Shown: positions 1 through 11,626 of the stretch, piece after piece
How positions within the stretch are numbered: position 1 is the stretch's first letter
How the letters are laid out: each line of letters opens with the position of its first letter
Assembly: GCA_001179505.1 (NCBI GenBank)
Contig: CDMY01000371.1
Coordinates: forward strand, 1-64,000
Direction: 5' to 3'
From: Vitrella brassicaformis CCMP3155
Lineage: Eukaryota; Protista; Chromerida
DNA length: 64,000 nucleotides
Notes under the pieces: model-generated
What the model saw: only the letters and a program-made list of their open reading frames with translations
The model's database searches: none
Told to the model about the DNA's origin: nothing
Program-made: the position numbers and the translations under genes

Positions 1-42
1 GTGTGTCTCTATCTATCTGTGTGTGTCTCTGTGTGTGTCTTG

Positions 43-1673
43 TCACTCGTCCATAAACAAGGGGTCGGGCCAGATGGCCTCGCTGTCTCCCGGCAGCTCC
101 TCGGGCATCGCTATGCCAATCCCCTGCTCCCACCACGTGGGGGGCAGGTCATTATCTCCATCCTCATACCCCGGCAGGCCGCACCCCATACCAAAGCCCA
201 TACCGCCCATCGTCGACAGTATCAGGCTGCTGTCGCTCGAGTCGATCATCCCATCCTCTGCATCGCGGCAGACCTCTGCCTCCGTCCAGGCCGTGTTACT
301 CGGCCTCTCCACCTCGTGGCCCCACTCAGACGAACCCCCAGGGGCCTCCTCCTTGTGCTGATGCTCCAGCTCGTCGGGCTCTGAGTCTGAGTCTGAGTCT
401 GAGTCAACACCGAAAGGAGCACTCCAGTGAGCTGACACATCAACACACACACACAACACACATGTCAAGAACTTCCTCCTTGGCTATCTCTCACAGATCA
501 CTGCGTATCTCGCCCGGCAATCCATTCACTCACCGTGGTGTGCCGTATCGTCCACCCTCTCCCTCCGTGAGTTGTAGAAGAAGAAGCGGGTGGGGTCGAA
601 GTCCATCATCCCCGCGTCCTCCCGCTGCGTCGGCGCCGCCCTCTCCTTCTCCTTCTTGGCCGGCTTCTTCTTGGGTTTGGCCTTGGGCTTGGCCTTGGCC
701 TTGGCTTTGGGCTTCTTGGGGGCCGGGGGCTGTTTGTGGGAGGGCGGCGGGGGGCGGCTGTCGGCCTGCGATGTCGTGGAGGGCTCTTCGTCTTGGCGTC
801 TGCGACGCGACCGCTTGGAGAGCTGCACGGCTCGGCCATCGTCCAGCGTGGTATCTAACTCTGCACGAATCCACACACACGAGGAGAGCACACCGATAAT
901 CCGCCACGGGTCTGAGGTGCGGCTCTTCGGTTCATATGAGCGTGTCTCTTTGCTGACTGACTGACCATTCTCGTCAGTTGAGTGTTTGCGCTTTTGGCCA
1001 CGGCCGCTTTTGCGTTTGTCCTTGGTCTCACAGCCCGGCCTCCACTCCTCTGTTCCATCTGCACACACATGACACACATGACCGATGGATGCATCAAGGC
1101 AATGGTTGGAGGTCACTCTTGTTACCGCTCTTCTTCGAGCGGTTCTTTTTGGCCCCGCGCTTCGATGCCCTCAGCTCCTCGGCGGCCTCTCTCTCTTCCT
1201 CACGGTCTGCAGATACGCTCTGCACTGAGGAATGGCCTGTGTCAACTGCATCCATCCACAAAAAACGAAATGCACCCAACGAAATGTATACGCAATTCAT
1301 ATGGATGAAACTCCTGGCCCCCTCGGACCTTTCCCGCTGGCGTACCGTCCATTTTCGTATGGGGGGGCGGATACCCATAGTGAGGGTGAGGACAGAGGGC
1401 CTGCGGGGCGCCCGCTAGCGACACGACGGACGGCGCGTTGGCGCCGGGAGGGGGGAGGGGTGGGGGAACGGGCATGCTGTACGTGTCAAAGGGTGGCAGA
1501 AACGACACGAGAGGTGCAGCAGGACCTTGCAGAGCAATATCAGAGCAAAATATCACTGTCGTCAAGTGGGGGCGCCAAAATGCGAGCTGCAGATCGTCAC
1601 AAAAGTCGTGGGCCATCTCAGTTTTGGAGTGCTTCTGCGTGTGTGCCCTCTCTCTGAGCGTGCTCATGTCCAT
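43..1673 (-). CDS. Hypothetical multi-exon protein (Pro-rich, Lys/Ala-rich and acidic segments); the 3' end may continue beyond the window
   Basis: Coding-like segments in the minus ORFs 1242..1721, 1094..1378, 526..1116 and 43..468 (e.g. KKPKAKAKAKPKAKPKKKP, DSDSDSDSEPDELE) are separated by GT-AG introns with CA repeats. No family recognised; the start is uncertain. Confidence 0.45.
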
Positions 1674-1975
1674 TCGTTCACAGCCAGCCCATGCCCTGCT
1701 GAACGCCTCCCGCCAACCCACCCACCCTGATCATACGATATCGCCCTGCAGAGGGCCACTGCGCCGAGTACTGGCAGCATTGACGGAGAGGCCGATTACT
1801 CTGCTGCGCTGTCCATTCCACATAATACCATGCACATACACACACGCAAAAACGGCCCGATCCATTCCCCACCCGGCGCAGCACGCTAGTGACCAAAACA
1901 GGCGGGCATGGCATCAATCGTATAGACACAGGCACACATGGAGAGAGTGAGGTGAGCAGCATGTCATGGGATGAA

Positions 1976-2606
1976 TCAAAACTTGAACTTGACGCGCTTG
2001 TCTTTGCTGAAGAGGGCGTACGCCTCGTACAGCTGGTCGGCATTATCGAAGGAGCCCGTCACACGGACACTCCGGTACTTGCCCTGCACCCCACATGCAG
2101 ACAGACAGACAGACAGACAGACAACAAAGGCAGGCCCTTCACACATGCCATGCGTCCAGCCGACTGCTTTGTGCACATACCTTATCTCTGACACTGACCG
2201 CAACCACCTCTTTCCCAGTGACCTTCTCCACAATATCCTTCATGTCAGAGCTGAAGGGACCCACAGGTATCCCGATCACGCGCATCTCAAACTCACAGGG
2301 GAACGACAGCACCCGATCGAACACCCTGTCGCCCTTGCCCAGCTGCATAGACTCCCCCTCCCCGCCGTCCGCCGATGACGCATCGGCGGCCGATGGCGGC
2401 TGTGCAGAGAGCACCGTCCACTGCCTGTTGCTGGCGTCAAGGTATACCCGCCGCCGTAGCGGCGAGTGTGGCTGCGTCGCAGAAGGGGATGTTGGGGGGC
2501 TCAGCGCATTGCGCATGAGGGAGAAGGGGAGGGCGGGCTTGATCCAGGCTGCTGCCAGCCAACACAGCACCAGGCTGAAGTGTGCATGCGGGATGAGGCG
2601 TGACAT
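1976..2606 (-). CDS. DUF493/YbeD-like protein with N-terminal signal peptide plus transit-like leader
   Basis: Two exons (2606-2181, intron GTATG..CAG 2180-2084, 2083-1976) give ...FPCEFEMRVIG...DIVEKVTG...SVRDK|GKYRSVRV...ADQLYEAYALFSKDKRVKFKF*, the DUF493 pattern. The leader is MSRLIPHAHFSLVLCWLAAAWIKPALPF followed by a Ser/Pro/Arg-rich stretch. Confidence 0.85.
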
Positions 2607-3016
2607 CAGTGCTGTGCCGGTGCTGGCGCTGGTGTGGATCTTCTGGTTTGCTTGCTTGCTTGCTCCTGCCGATGACGGCGATGCGATGCGAGGGCTCCAG
2701 ATGATCAAAATCGTTGACCTTCTCAGCTCCGGGACCCTCTTGATTCAACACCAGCCAGCACCTGAAGAAATCAGACGAAAAGTTCAGAAAAATTAAAGAG
2801 CAGGATGACGCATCACACGGCACTCCCCCGCTCCTTCTCACCTAATTCTTCGCCTTTCCGATTGCGAGCTTGAAGCAGCAAAGCGTCCGATCTCTGCCGT
2901 CCTGCCCGAACAGAGCGCTGTTGATGCGCCGCATCGGCAAATACGGAATTGCCAATCTCCCACGGCGCTTCTGTCACTTGCGCAATCGACTGATCTGCTC
3001 ATCGTCCTCGCGGCAG

Positions 3017-4019
3017 ATGAGGGTGCAGCTGTCATTGCAGTGCCCTCACAATGGCCCGATCAGGGCAAGCGATGAGTCAAGATCTGCCCCAGATGCAGCA
3101 CAGCCTTCGGCACGCTCCTCCGTGACGCTCCGCTACTCCGGCGAGGAGAACGATGAGTCGAGTGCAGCAGCAGCTGCAACAGGAGGGCTTTTGCCGGATG
3201 CTAATGGTGGTGTTTGTGATGGTGTGAGGGGCACGCTGGGCAGTGCGGATCACGAGCGGCTGCAGATGGTCTATGAGGACATCTTGGCAAGGCCATGGGC
3301 GCATCCCACTCATGTACAGAGGCTGCACGCCGCCGGTAGGTAATGAACGCAGGCAGACACAAACACACAAAAACCATGCAAACGGTACTGTGTCACTGTT
3401 TCTCTCCTTTCATCCTTGGTTGTTCCTTGCAGCCACGCGCCTTCGGGCGGAGCGACAGAGATGCGTAGATCAGTCAGCTCTTGATGCAGGCAAGATGGGT
3501 GTCATGTTTGCCCATGGTGTCGTGTACGCCCTGCTGTCATCAAACTCGCCCCACTGTGTCATCATTGCCTCTCGGTAGGGACGCACATGCATGTGGCCAT
3601 GATTCTGGAACCACCCGTTGCCGGCGGTATGTGGTGCTGCATGCAGGGTGCCAGCTGGTTTGGACTTCATGGAGCGGTGGATGGTGTCCCGGCAATTCAA
3701 CACACGGGAGCCGTACAAATGGATGCACGAGTGAGCCAGTGACTGAACAATGACAAGACAGCAAAGACACCCACATTCATGCGCTGACTGTCTTCTTCAT
3801 CTCGTGTGCAGGTCAGGTTTTGAGAATCTGTATGTGTATCTGCTAGAGAAGCTGCCTGGGCCAGGTCGGTTCTTCGGCGACAGCGCGGCCCGCAGGCGAC
3901 GGCACTGGGAGAGGGTGGCGCGCACTGTCGATGACGACAGTCCGTTGTGTTTCGATGACGGTACCAGGGACGGCGCTTATGGGGGGGCGAAGCTGCTGGT
4001 GCCGGCTGGTGGGACGTGA
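3017..4019 (+). CDS. Hypothetical 4-exon protein with a degenerate GIY-YIG-like domain
   Basis: Phase-compatible GT-AG introns join HGVVYALLSSNSPHCVIIASR|VPAGLDFMERWMVSRQFNTREPYKWMHE|SGFENLYVYLLEKLPGPGRFFGDSAARRRRHWERV. The gene model is well supported; the domain call is pattern inference. Confidence 0.55.
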
Positions 4020-4331
4020 GGGATGGGTGAGTGAGTCGGCTGGTTTGTTTGTTTGGTGGGCGTTGATGCTTTTCATGCCCTGAGAAGACAATGCTGATAG
4101 CACGTTGATCCGGATGAATGAAATTCTGAGTGAACCAATATGTTGCGGTTCGAAGTCGTGCGCCAACATTCTGTTCAACGTACTGTCATATATATCCCTT
4201 CAACGGAACTGCTTGTTTGACGTATCCTTTTTGCAACCATGCACACGAGCGGCACGCTGTCTGACCAGCTAGTTCACATCACGGTGCATTCATGCGTCCA
4301 TCAGTCTGTTCGGCCGGCCCTCTCGCACCCT

Positions 4332-7300
4332 CTAGCTAATTGAGGGCCGCCTTGCCCTCCACACGCCCGGATACCGCCACACCAGCAACAGCCTGCACAG
4401 ACAGAGGCAGACCGTGGGCAAAATGGCCATCTGGACAGATTGTGTTGACTCTGTTTCCCTCACCGTTGTTGGTGCCGCCTCGTTGCCAAATATCTCCTTG
4501 ACGGGTGAAGGTGGCGGCCCCTCTCGCCCACTCCATGGCAGTGCCAGCCCGTCATCGCGCAGATACAGGGAGGCCGGAGACACAGGTGAGTCACTTGCGG
4601 CGGGGGGCTGTGGGAGTAGGTAATGGTCGGTCGGCTCCTGGGGGGAAGGGTAGGTGGTATCTTGCTCATCAAGCAGAGCGCCCTTAGAAGGAGACTGCTG
4701 CTCGCCTGAATGAATGAATGAATGAATGAATGAATGAAAGACACGACATCGATCGAAAGGGCCGTCAGATTCGTGTGCACCTACATATCTATCTGTACGC
4801 CAGGCTTACCGACGGACACCTCATCCCGCGGCGACACGGAGTCTGTTGTCAGCCCTCGCTTCTCCCCCCTCTGCCCCTCGCACACACCACCACTGACTCC
4901 TCTGGGCCGTGGGATCATTGACGGATGGCAGGGACCATCACTAGAGGGCTTCTCGATCAGCGGCACCGGCACCGGCGGCCGCCAGATGCAGGGAGGAGGC
5001 GACTGCTCCTGTTCGCTGCCCGCATCCTCCCTCCCATCCTCTCTCTGTGCCCCCCTCGGCAGCCGCGGAGGTGTGCTGGCCTCCTGCACAACATCGGGTA
5101 TGGTCTTCCTGCCAGGGTGCCTTGGCGGACGGGGGGCCGCCTTGACGGCTGCTGGAGGCTTCTGGATCATGGCGTATGGCGGTTGCGTGGAGGGGTGGTG
5201 GGCCATGGAGGATCTGGCGAGTGTGCGGAGGTATGCGATGCGCCGGCGGTACTTGGCGTGTCGGAAGTGGCGCTGGATGATCTTGGCCGCAATGGTGCGC
5301 AGCTCGTAAGCCATCAGCTGAGAGAGAGACACCACAAGTACACCCACAGCCAAGCCAAGAGCCACTCTTCCCCTGTTCACCTGCTGTTGCTTCAGTATGG
5401 CCTCCATGTCTTCCTCCTCCTCATCAGCTTGTTCTTCTGTTGGTGCGTTAGCGCCGCTGTCCCCGCTGTCCAGACCCGTGTCTCCTTTGTCCTTCTCATG
5501 TGTCACCTCTGCCAGGTCGCCCACATGAAGAGCGTCTGCATTCTCACTGCTCCCTGCTGCCAGCGGCGCCACCATGGCCTCTGTGGGGCTATGTCGACAG
5601 GGGGATGCACTCATACTCGACACTGCACAACATATATAACATAAATCACTCAACAAGAGTCAGTCAGTGAATTTACTTCCTCGATCAGTCACCACCCATA
5701 CTTACCTGACCAGTCCAATTCCGTCCCGTAGTCCCCACCCGAGTCTACACACGACACAGCAGCACCAGCAGCACCAGGGGCAACAGCAGCAGGGGGGGTC
5801 TGTGGAGAGGGAGCCCGCCCGTCAACCCTTCCTTCTCCCTCGGCAGGCCCGGGTGGCTCTGGCAGCTGCACACGAGGCGTGTCACCAGTTCGCTCGCGCT
5901 GCAGCTGCGAGGGCGATACCGACGACGCACCGGGCGGATGGAGACCTCGCCGTGATGTTGAGGGAGGCGTCTGTGGCACGTCCGGAAGAGTCCCCTTCTG
6001 CTGTGCGTCTGGAAGGGGAGCTGGCGGGACACCGCCGCCCCTTTTGTCGCTCTCCAGTGTGAGCATGGGTGACGGCAGCTCTTCCACAGATGGACGTGAC
6101 CGTGGGGGAGGGGAAGATGGCCGGCCCATGTCCATCGAGGGGCTCCTCTCTCCCTCTCCTTCTGCCTCTGGATGCGTGGCCTCCTGCTCTCGCTCATGTG
6201 CTGCAAGAGGGGACGGTGGTGCGAGTGGCTTGGGGGGAGGGAGGGCACGGGATGATGACAGACGGCTGTCGGGCGACGTGAGCTTTTCGAGGGCGGACTG
6301 CAGCTGCTCTACCTCACGATTCTTGGCTTTCAGGGCCTCCTGCAGCTGGCCTATCGTCTGAGGGAAAAGAAGAATAGAGGTCAAGGAGAAGTGAAAGCGG
6401 GTTGCCGTGCCGTGCATCAAGAGTGGGTGGATACGTGCCTGTAGGTTGGCTTGGTTTTTGTGTTCGAGCTGGGTGCGCGCCTTCCGGAAGGCCTGCTGCC
6501 GCTGCCACATGCTGGCAAGCTCCTCCTGCACAGCACACAACCAACGACGCACTCTGTTCTCTGCCTGTGCTTTGCCCGGGCTTGGCTTGCGTGTCTCCTT
6601 GCGTACCTCAGCCTTGGTTCTCCTTGTGTGTTCGCTCTCGAAGTCCATCTGCAGCCGATCCCTCTCCTTCCGGAGGGCACGCAACCGGTCATCTGTACGC
6701 ACACGCATGGATGTCACCCACTGTGGTGTGAGTGCGGCTCGATTCCCTGACCTTTGTAGTGTATGGAGCATCTGAGCCTGTCGAGGTCGTCGCCCTCTGT
6801 CGACCGCACACCCACAGAACCCACCGACTCCTGGCCATCTCCTGCAGACCACAACACACACATGCGTATACGAACCAGAACAATGTCACATGAAGACAGA
6901 AAGAGCTACCTGTTATCGGCACAGCTTGTGCCCTGCCGCCTGTCGATTTCGCCCGTGGGGCCCCGATGCGTGTGCGAGTTGAACGATGTGTTGGCAGCAT
7001 GGCGCGGACCTCCTCAAGTTCCTTCTCGAGCTGGGCACTCCTGGCCAGCTCCGCCTGTGTGGATGGACACACAGATGTGTACCGATTGTGTGGGTCAGTG
7101 AGCGCCTTTGTTTGATGTATATGTGTGATTACCTGTAGTTCCTTGTCTCTCTGGTGGAGGGATTTCTCGGTGGTGACTAGCAGATGGCTGGTGCGGGCCA
7201 GCTCCTCCTGAATCGCCTCAAGCGCTGATGAAGAGAATGGACAAATGCGCAGTATTGGTCGGGTGGAGCATCACGTCGGGAGTGTGTGTGTTGTGTACCG

Positions 7301-7965
7301 TTCCTGTCGATTTGGTTGGCCTCTGCCTCCCTCAGCCTGTGACTCATCAACTCCAGCTCACATATCAGCTGACACAAACACACACACGTGACAAAAGCGT
7401 CAGCATCATCGGCGTGAGTATGAACCATGTGGGTAGCTCGACCTACCTTGGACGTGTCATCGCAATGCTTCTTATTCTCCTTCTCGGCGGCCTCCAGACG
7501 GCTCTTGTAACCTGTCATAAAGAACAAAATACAGCTAGAGAGTTGCAGTCCAGTGCAGTGCAATGCACTCGTCGTACTCACTCGATGCCACCCGGCTGAT
7601 ACGGAAGTTTCGCTCGCTGAGTTCCGCAATGCGTTGGTCCTGCTGCCGGGCCGCCTGGTGGGCCTCCCGCTCGACATGACTCCTCTCCTTCAACTGCACA
7701 ACACACAACAGAGAATACGCATTGAAAGGCAACAGCAACAATGGTTATGTTCATTGCAAATGACCTGTTCCTTGAGTGCTCTGGTCAGCCGCTGCAGCTC
7801 CCTGCGCTCCCTCTCATCCACGTCCCTCCTACGACGCCCTTCGTTGTCATCCCACGGAGTCCGACTCTCGCGATAAGCAGCCAACGCGGCCTGATGCGAT
7901 GGGCGATGGGCCGACAACCCGCTGATAGTGCTGGGAGATGACATGTAAGAACGACTCGACGCCAT
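4332..7965 (-). CDS. Large multi-exon protein: N-terminal coiled-coil, Pro/Ser-rich middle, IQ-like motif
   Basis: Heptad-rich exons (RERRELQRLTRALKEQ, AQLEKELEEVRAML, LRKERDRLQMDF, LQEALKAKNREVEQLQSALEKL). ORF 5689..6861 splices in frame (TCA G|gtaag at about 5705 to cag|TG at 5623) into ORF 4781..5656, which contains AAKIIQRHFRHAKYRRR. The last exon is uncertain. Confidence 0.65.
4709..4737 (+). repeat. (TGAA)n intronic microsatellite; representative of the many GACA/CA/CCCT/TGAA tracts in the introns
   Basis: Seen directly in the sequence. Confidence 0.85.
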
Positions 7966-8041
7966 CGCACCGAAGCGTGGCTGCGAGCCCGAGGACGATC
8001 GCATCTTCCGTTTTGTCTGGGTTTGTATTAGCTAAGAGGAG

Positions 8042-10378
8042 ATGTCTGACGGTGCGGCAGCAGCTGCCGCGGCCGCTGGAGGCAAGAGAAAGCGGTGTCC
8101 AGCGGTCTTAGATGAGGACAACGACGTCCGCACCTGGCTGCAGATGGGCAAGGAGCAGATGGATATCATCCAGGACGCACTCAACCAGACGCTGGCCAAA
8201 ATCGAGCAGCGTGAGCAGGCGCTAGGAGGCCGCGTAGGAGAGATTGTGCCCACGGTAAGGCGAAATGAAATGGGCGAGGGATGTCTGCAATGGGAGCTGA
8301 TCTGTGCGTGTGTGGATGGTGCAGGTGCAGCTGATGCGTCAGGAGCTGCACTTCAACGTCTGCGGCGTCTACATGAAGGCGCGCCGTTCCACCCTCTGTG
8401 TGCTGCGAGGTAGCGTGTTGGCCACTCTGTGTGGGGGGCGGTATGACGAGGCGCTGATCAAGGACGCCGACGAGAAATACTTCTTGCCCTTTTATCCTGT
8501 CGCGTTCCAATGGTCAGCCCGGCCGGCAGTCAGTCAGGACAAGGCCACTGTCCACCGTCTGAGTGTGTTTCCTTCAGGCTCATCGGCGAGCTAGCTTTGT
8601 ATGAGGTTGGGGATGTGGACGACATCACGCTGCCTGACACCAAACAGAACGATGCCGCATTCAGGTGCGTATGCACCGACACACATTCTATTGGCGCATT
8701 GTGTTATCCATCCATCTGTGTGTATAATGCTGGTGCAGCTACTGGGTGGAGTACCTGATGGCCAATCCCTCCGCGAAGCGCCGCGCGATGCACGTCCGGA
8801 TCCCGCCCATCACACAAGACCACCCACATCAGCAGCAGCAGGACGGCCAGGGTGAGGGTGAGGGTGAGCAGCCGGAGGTCGACACCGAGTTTGTGGCGGC
8901 CCAGCTGCCCGACATCATCCGCAAGGCCATGGCGGAGAAGGCCTGCGAGCACCAGAGGCTCACGGCCATCAAACCACTACTCAAATCGGGCAACCAGGCC
9001 GACGATGCGGTAGCCAAACACAACAGCACAGAGAGAAGGCTCGTGTGGCCAGCGGGTGGATCCATATGTGTGTGTGTGTGTGTGTGTGTGTTCAGTTGGT
9101 GTCGATTGACGTGTTTGGTACGACAGTGACGATCACCATGGCCGTAGCCAAATCGCTGGGCGACGACTCGACCTTCGCCAATCGATTCATCAAGTACAAA
9201 ACGGCCACACCACACACAGCCATCCCCTTGGCCATCCCTGCAATGTGTGTGTGTCAGGTATGACCCCTCTGTGATGACGGTGCCGGTGGACTACGTGCGG
9301 CGTGTCGCCGACATCGTCACGCGGGCGTACGTCAGGGGCACGGACGTCACGGCCGAGGACGTGCAGAGCTCCAGGGGCGACACCAATGACAAGGCCTTCC
9401 GGAATGCGTTGAACATGTAAGCAAGCAAACCGACAGACAGAGAGCCCTGCGCACAGGTATATATCGGTCGATCGATGTGTGCCACGTGTGGTCCCCTTGC
9501 CTGGCTGCAGGTACGGTTTGGATAGCGATCGCTATTTGGGGCCTAAAGATGGCCTGCTGACCACCGAGCACCTGCACAAGATGCGGCAGTGGACGGCACA
9601 CATTCGCAACGCTCCCAATAACATCCCTTTGTGTGTGGGCGAGCCGGTCGTTCGCATATACAAGTGGGAAGGGCAGCCAGACAGCTGTGAGGATGACGGC
9701 ATTTTCTCACCATGCCCATGTGTCTTGATGTGTGTGTCGTGTCAGGGCGACTAAGGATGGGTGGAAGTGGTTGGATTTCATCGAGGCCGTCAAGGGCCAC
9801 TCCCCCCTGCTGCTCATCTCCAAGGTGGCCGACAGCAATGAGCACTTCGCCCTCATCATCGAGGGGCCCATCGAGGTCACGGGGACGGCCGAGAGCATCC
9901 ACGACACGATGTCCTTCGCCTTCAAGCTGCGGGGGACAGACAGCCACCCACATGTGGGCTACATCGGCCAGCACGACACCATGTTAATCGCGGGCACACA
10001 GGTGGGTACACATTTTTACCAGCAACACAGTCATGGTAATGGTCTCTTCTCCGTCCATGTGTGCAGGAGAGAGTCACGAACCTCGTGGATTTATCTTCTC
10101 CATCCGAGGCGATGGCCGTCCTCGCCCCATCTCGCTTCACCTTCGGAATCCGTCCGGCCGCCCAGATCGGTGCACCAGCAGCGGCCAGCGACGAGACGAT
10201 GAGGCGCTGCCAGGGAATCATGCTGGAGGACGACCAGCCGGACGGGTGGTGGCAGTGGCAGCGGCCGAGTGTGAGGCCGAGCGACCACGGCTGGGACGAT
10301 GACCGAGTGTTCCTGCCTGTGAGTGTGAAGGGATGGCACTTTGATATCAGTGAGTTGGAGGCGTATCAGCTGGCGTGA
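8042..10378 (+). CDS. BTB/POZ (KCTD/T1-like) + TLDc-like domain protein
   Basis: LHFNVCGVYMKARRSTLCVLRGSVLATLCGGRYDEALIKDADEKYFLPFYPVAFQW resembles the T1-type BTB start. RATKDGWKWLDFIEAVKGHSPLLLISKV and the downstream ISELEAYQL resemble TLDc. Multiple GT-AG introns. Confidence 0.8.
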
Positions 10379-10734
10379 GGGAGGGAGGAGGGGGGGACAG
10401 TAGACGGGTGTGTGACAGATGGTAGCGGTAGCCAACACTTCATCTGACTCGGGGTGTGTCTATATGTTGATTGAACTGACTTGGAACCATCGAACGAATC
10501 GAATTCACTCACTGCCACATGCCGACTATCACGCTCATCCAATAGATGTCAACGAATGGAAGCACACGGCTCTTACATGCCTACGTATTAAACCTGCAGG
10601 CTGCTTGCGGACGAGTGAGTGATGGAGCATTGTCCCGCAATTGGTTGATCGATCACTGTCGAGCCAGTCACGATTCTTGTCACACATGCATTGCATGCCC
10701 ACATCTCACATGAGAACTGGTCAGCTGGGTGCAG

Positions 10735-10820
10735 CCCCTCAAGCATGCGGGAGCGGTCGAGAGACACGTACAAGCAGATATAAGATGTAGACAGCGATGA
10801 TGAAACTCTCCCTCCCTCCT
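10735..10820 (+). repeat. Approximately 85-bp dispersed repeat (second copy at about 13111-13200)
   Basis: cccctcaagcatgcgggagcggtcgagagacacgtaca...tgtagacagcgatgatgaaactctccctccc versus cccctcatgcatgcgggaatggtcgagagacacgtaca...tgtaggcagcgatgatgaaacactccctccc. Confidence 0.8.
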
Positions 10821-10909
10821 GCCTGTCTTGTGTGTGTGTGTGGTGTCGCAAGAGCAGCAGCCATACAGACACACAGACAGGCAGAGGGTACAGGGCCCTC
10901 CACCCACGC

Positions 10910-11500
10910 CTATCCCTCCGGCTTGGCTCCACCGCAGCAGCGCTTGACCGCACTGCAGATCTGGTCCCCCCCCCACCTCGCCACCGACCAACTAAAGGCC
11001 ATGCCCGTGCAGATGTCCTGCGTGGCGCTTCGCACCTCCCAGAGCATCGGGTCATCAGTGGCCTCCCACAGCTCCCACCCTCCTGTGAAGCCGTTCTTGT
11101 ACCACCCGCCCTCCATCGGGAAATCCACACGTACCCATTTGGCCAAGGCCACGAAATCGACATGGTGGGCCTGGCTGTAGTGCATGGGCTGGGGGATCAG
11201 GTCCTCCTGCACGTCTGTGTGCGGGGGAGGCTGGGGTGGGGTCATGTGGTGGGGGGGCATGTGGTGGTAGTGGTGGTGGTAGTGGTGCACGGGCGCCATC
11301 TGGACGAAGGCGACGGAGGACGGCAGCACAGCCGGCGATGCAGCAGCGGCGACATGACCGATAGCGCCACTTTCGTGGGCGAGAGGTGCGACAGCGGCCG
11401 GAAGGCAGGCGGGGTGCGATGGTGTGCGGGCTATAGGCGGTGGGGGCTCCTGTGTCTGCTGCTCTTGCTCCTCGGCCAACGCAAATAAACAACCAACGCC
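10910..11500 (-). CDS. His/Pro-rich segment followed by a Trp-rich unknown domain; probably the 3' part of the disrupted kinase-like locus
   Basis: ORF 10910..11560 contains HHYHHHYHHMPPHH and DFVALAKWVRVDFPMEGGWYKNGFTGGWELWEATDDPMLWEVR. It lies directly downstream of the kinase fragment on the same strand. Confidence 0.35.
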   Translation of the reverse strand, partial: GVGCLFALAEEQEQQTQEPPPPIARTPSHPACLPAAVAPLAHESGAIGHVAAAASPAVLPSSVAFVQMAPVHHYHHHYHHMPPHHMTPPQPPPHTDVQEDLIPQPMHYSQAHHVDFVALAKWVRVDFPMEGGWYKNGFTGGWELWEATDDPMLWEVRSATQDICTGMAFSWSVARWGGDQICSAVKRCCGGAKPEG

Positions 11501-11626
11501 TGAATGAAAGACACAGACAGACACAAATCGATGGAGTGGTGACCTCCTGTGTGAATGCATGTGCGTGGGTACCCATCTGTCTGTCTGCCTGTCGTATTGT
11601 GTTTCGTACCTGGGTCAGGGTGGTCG

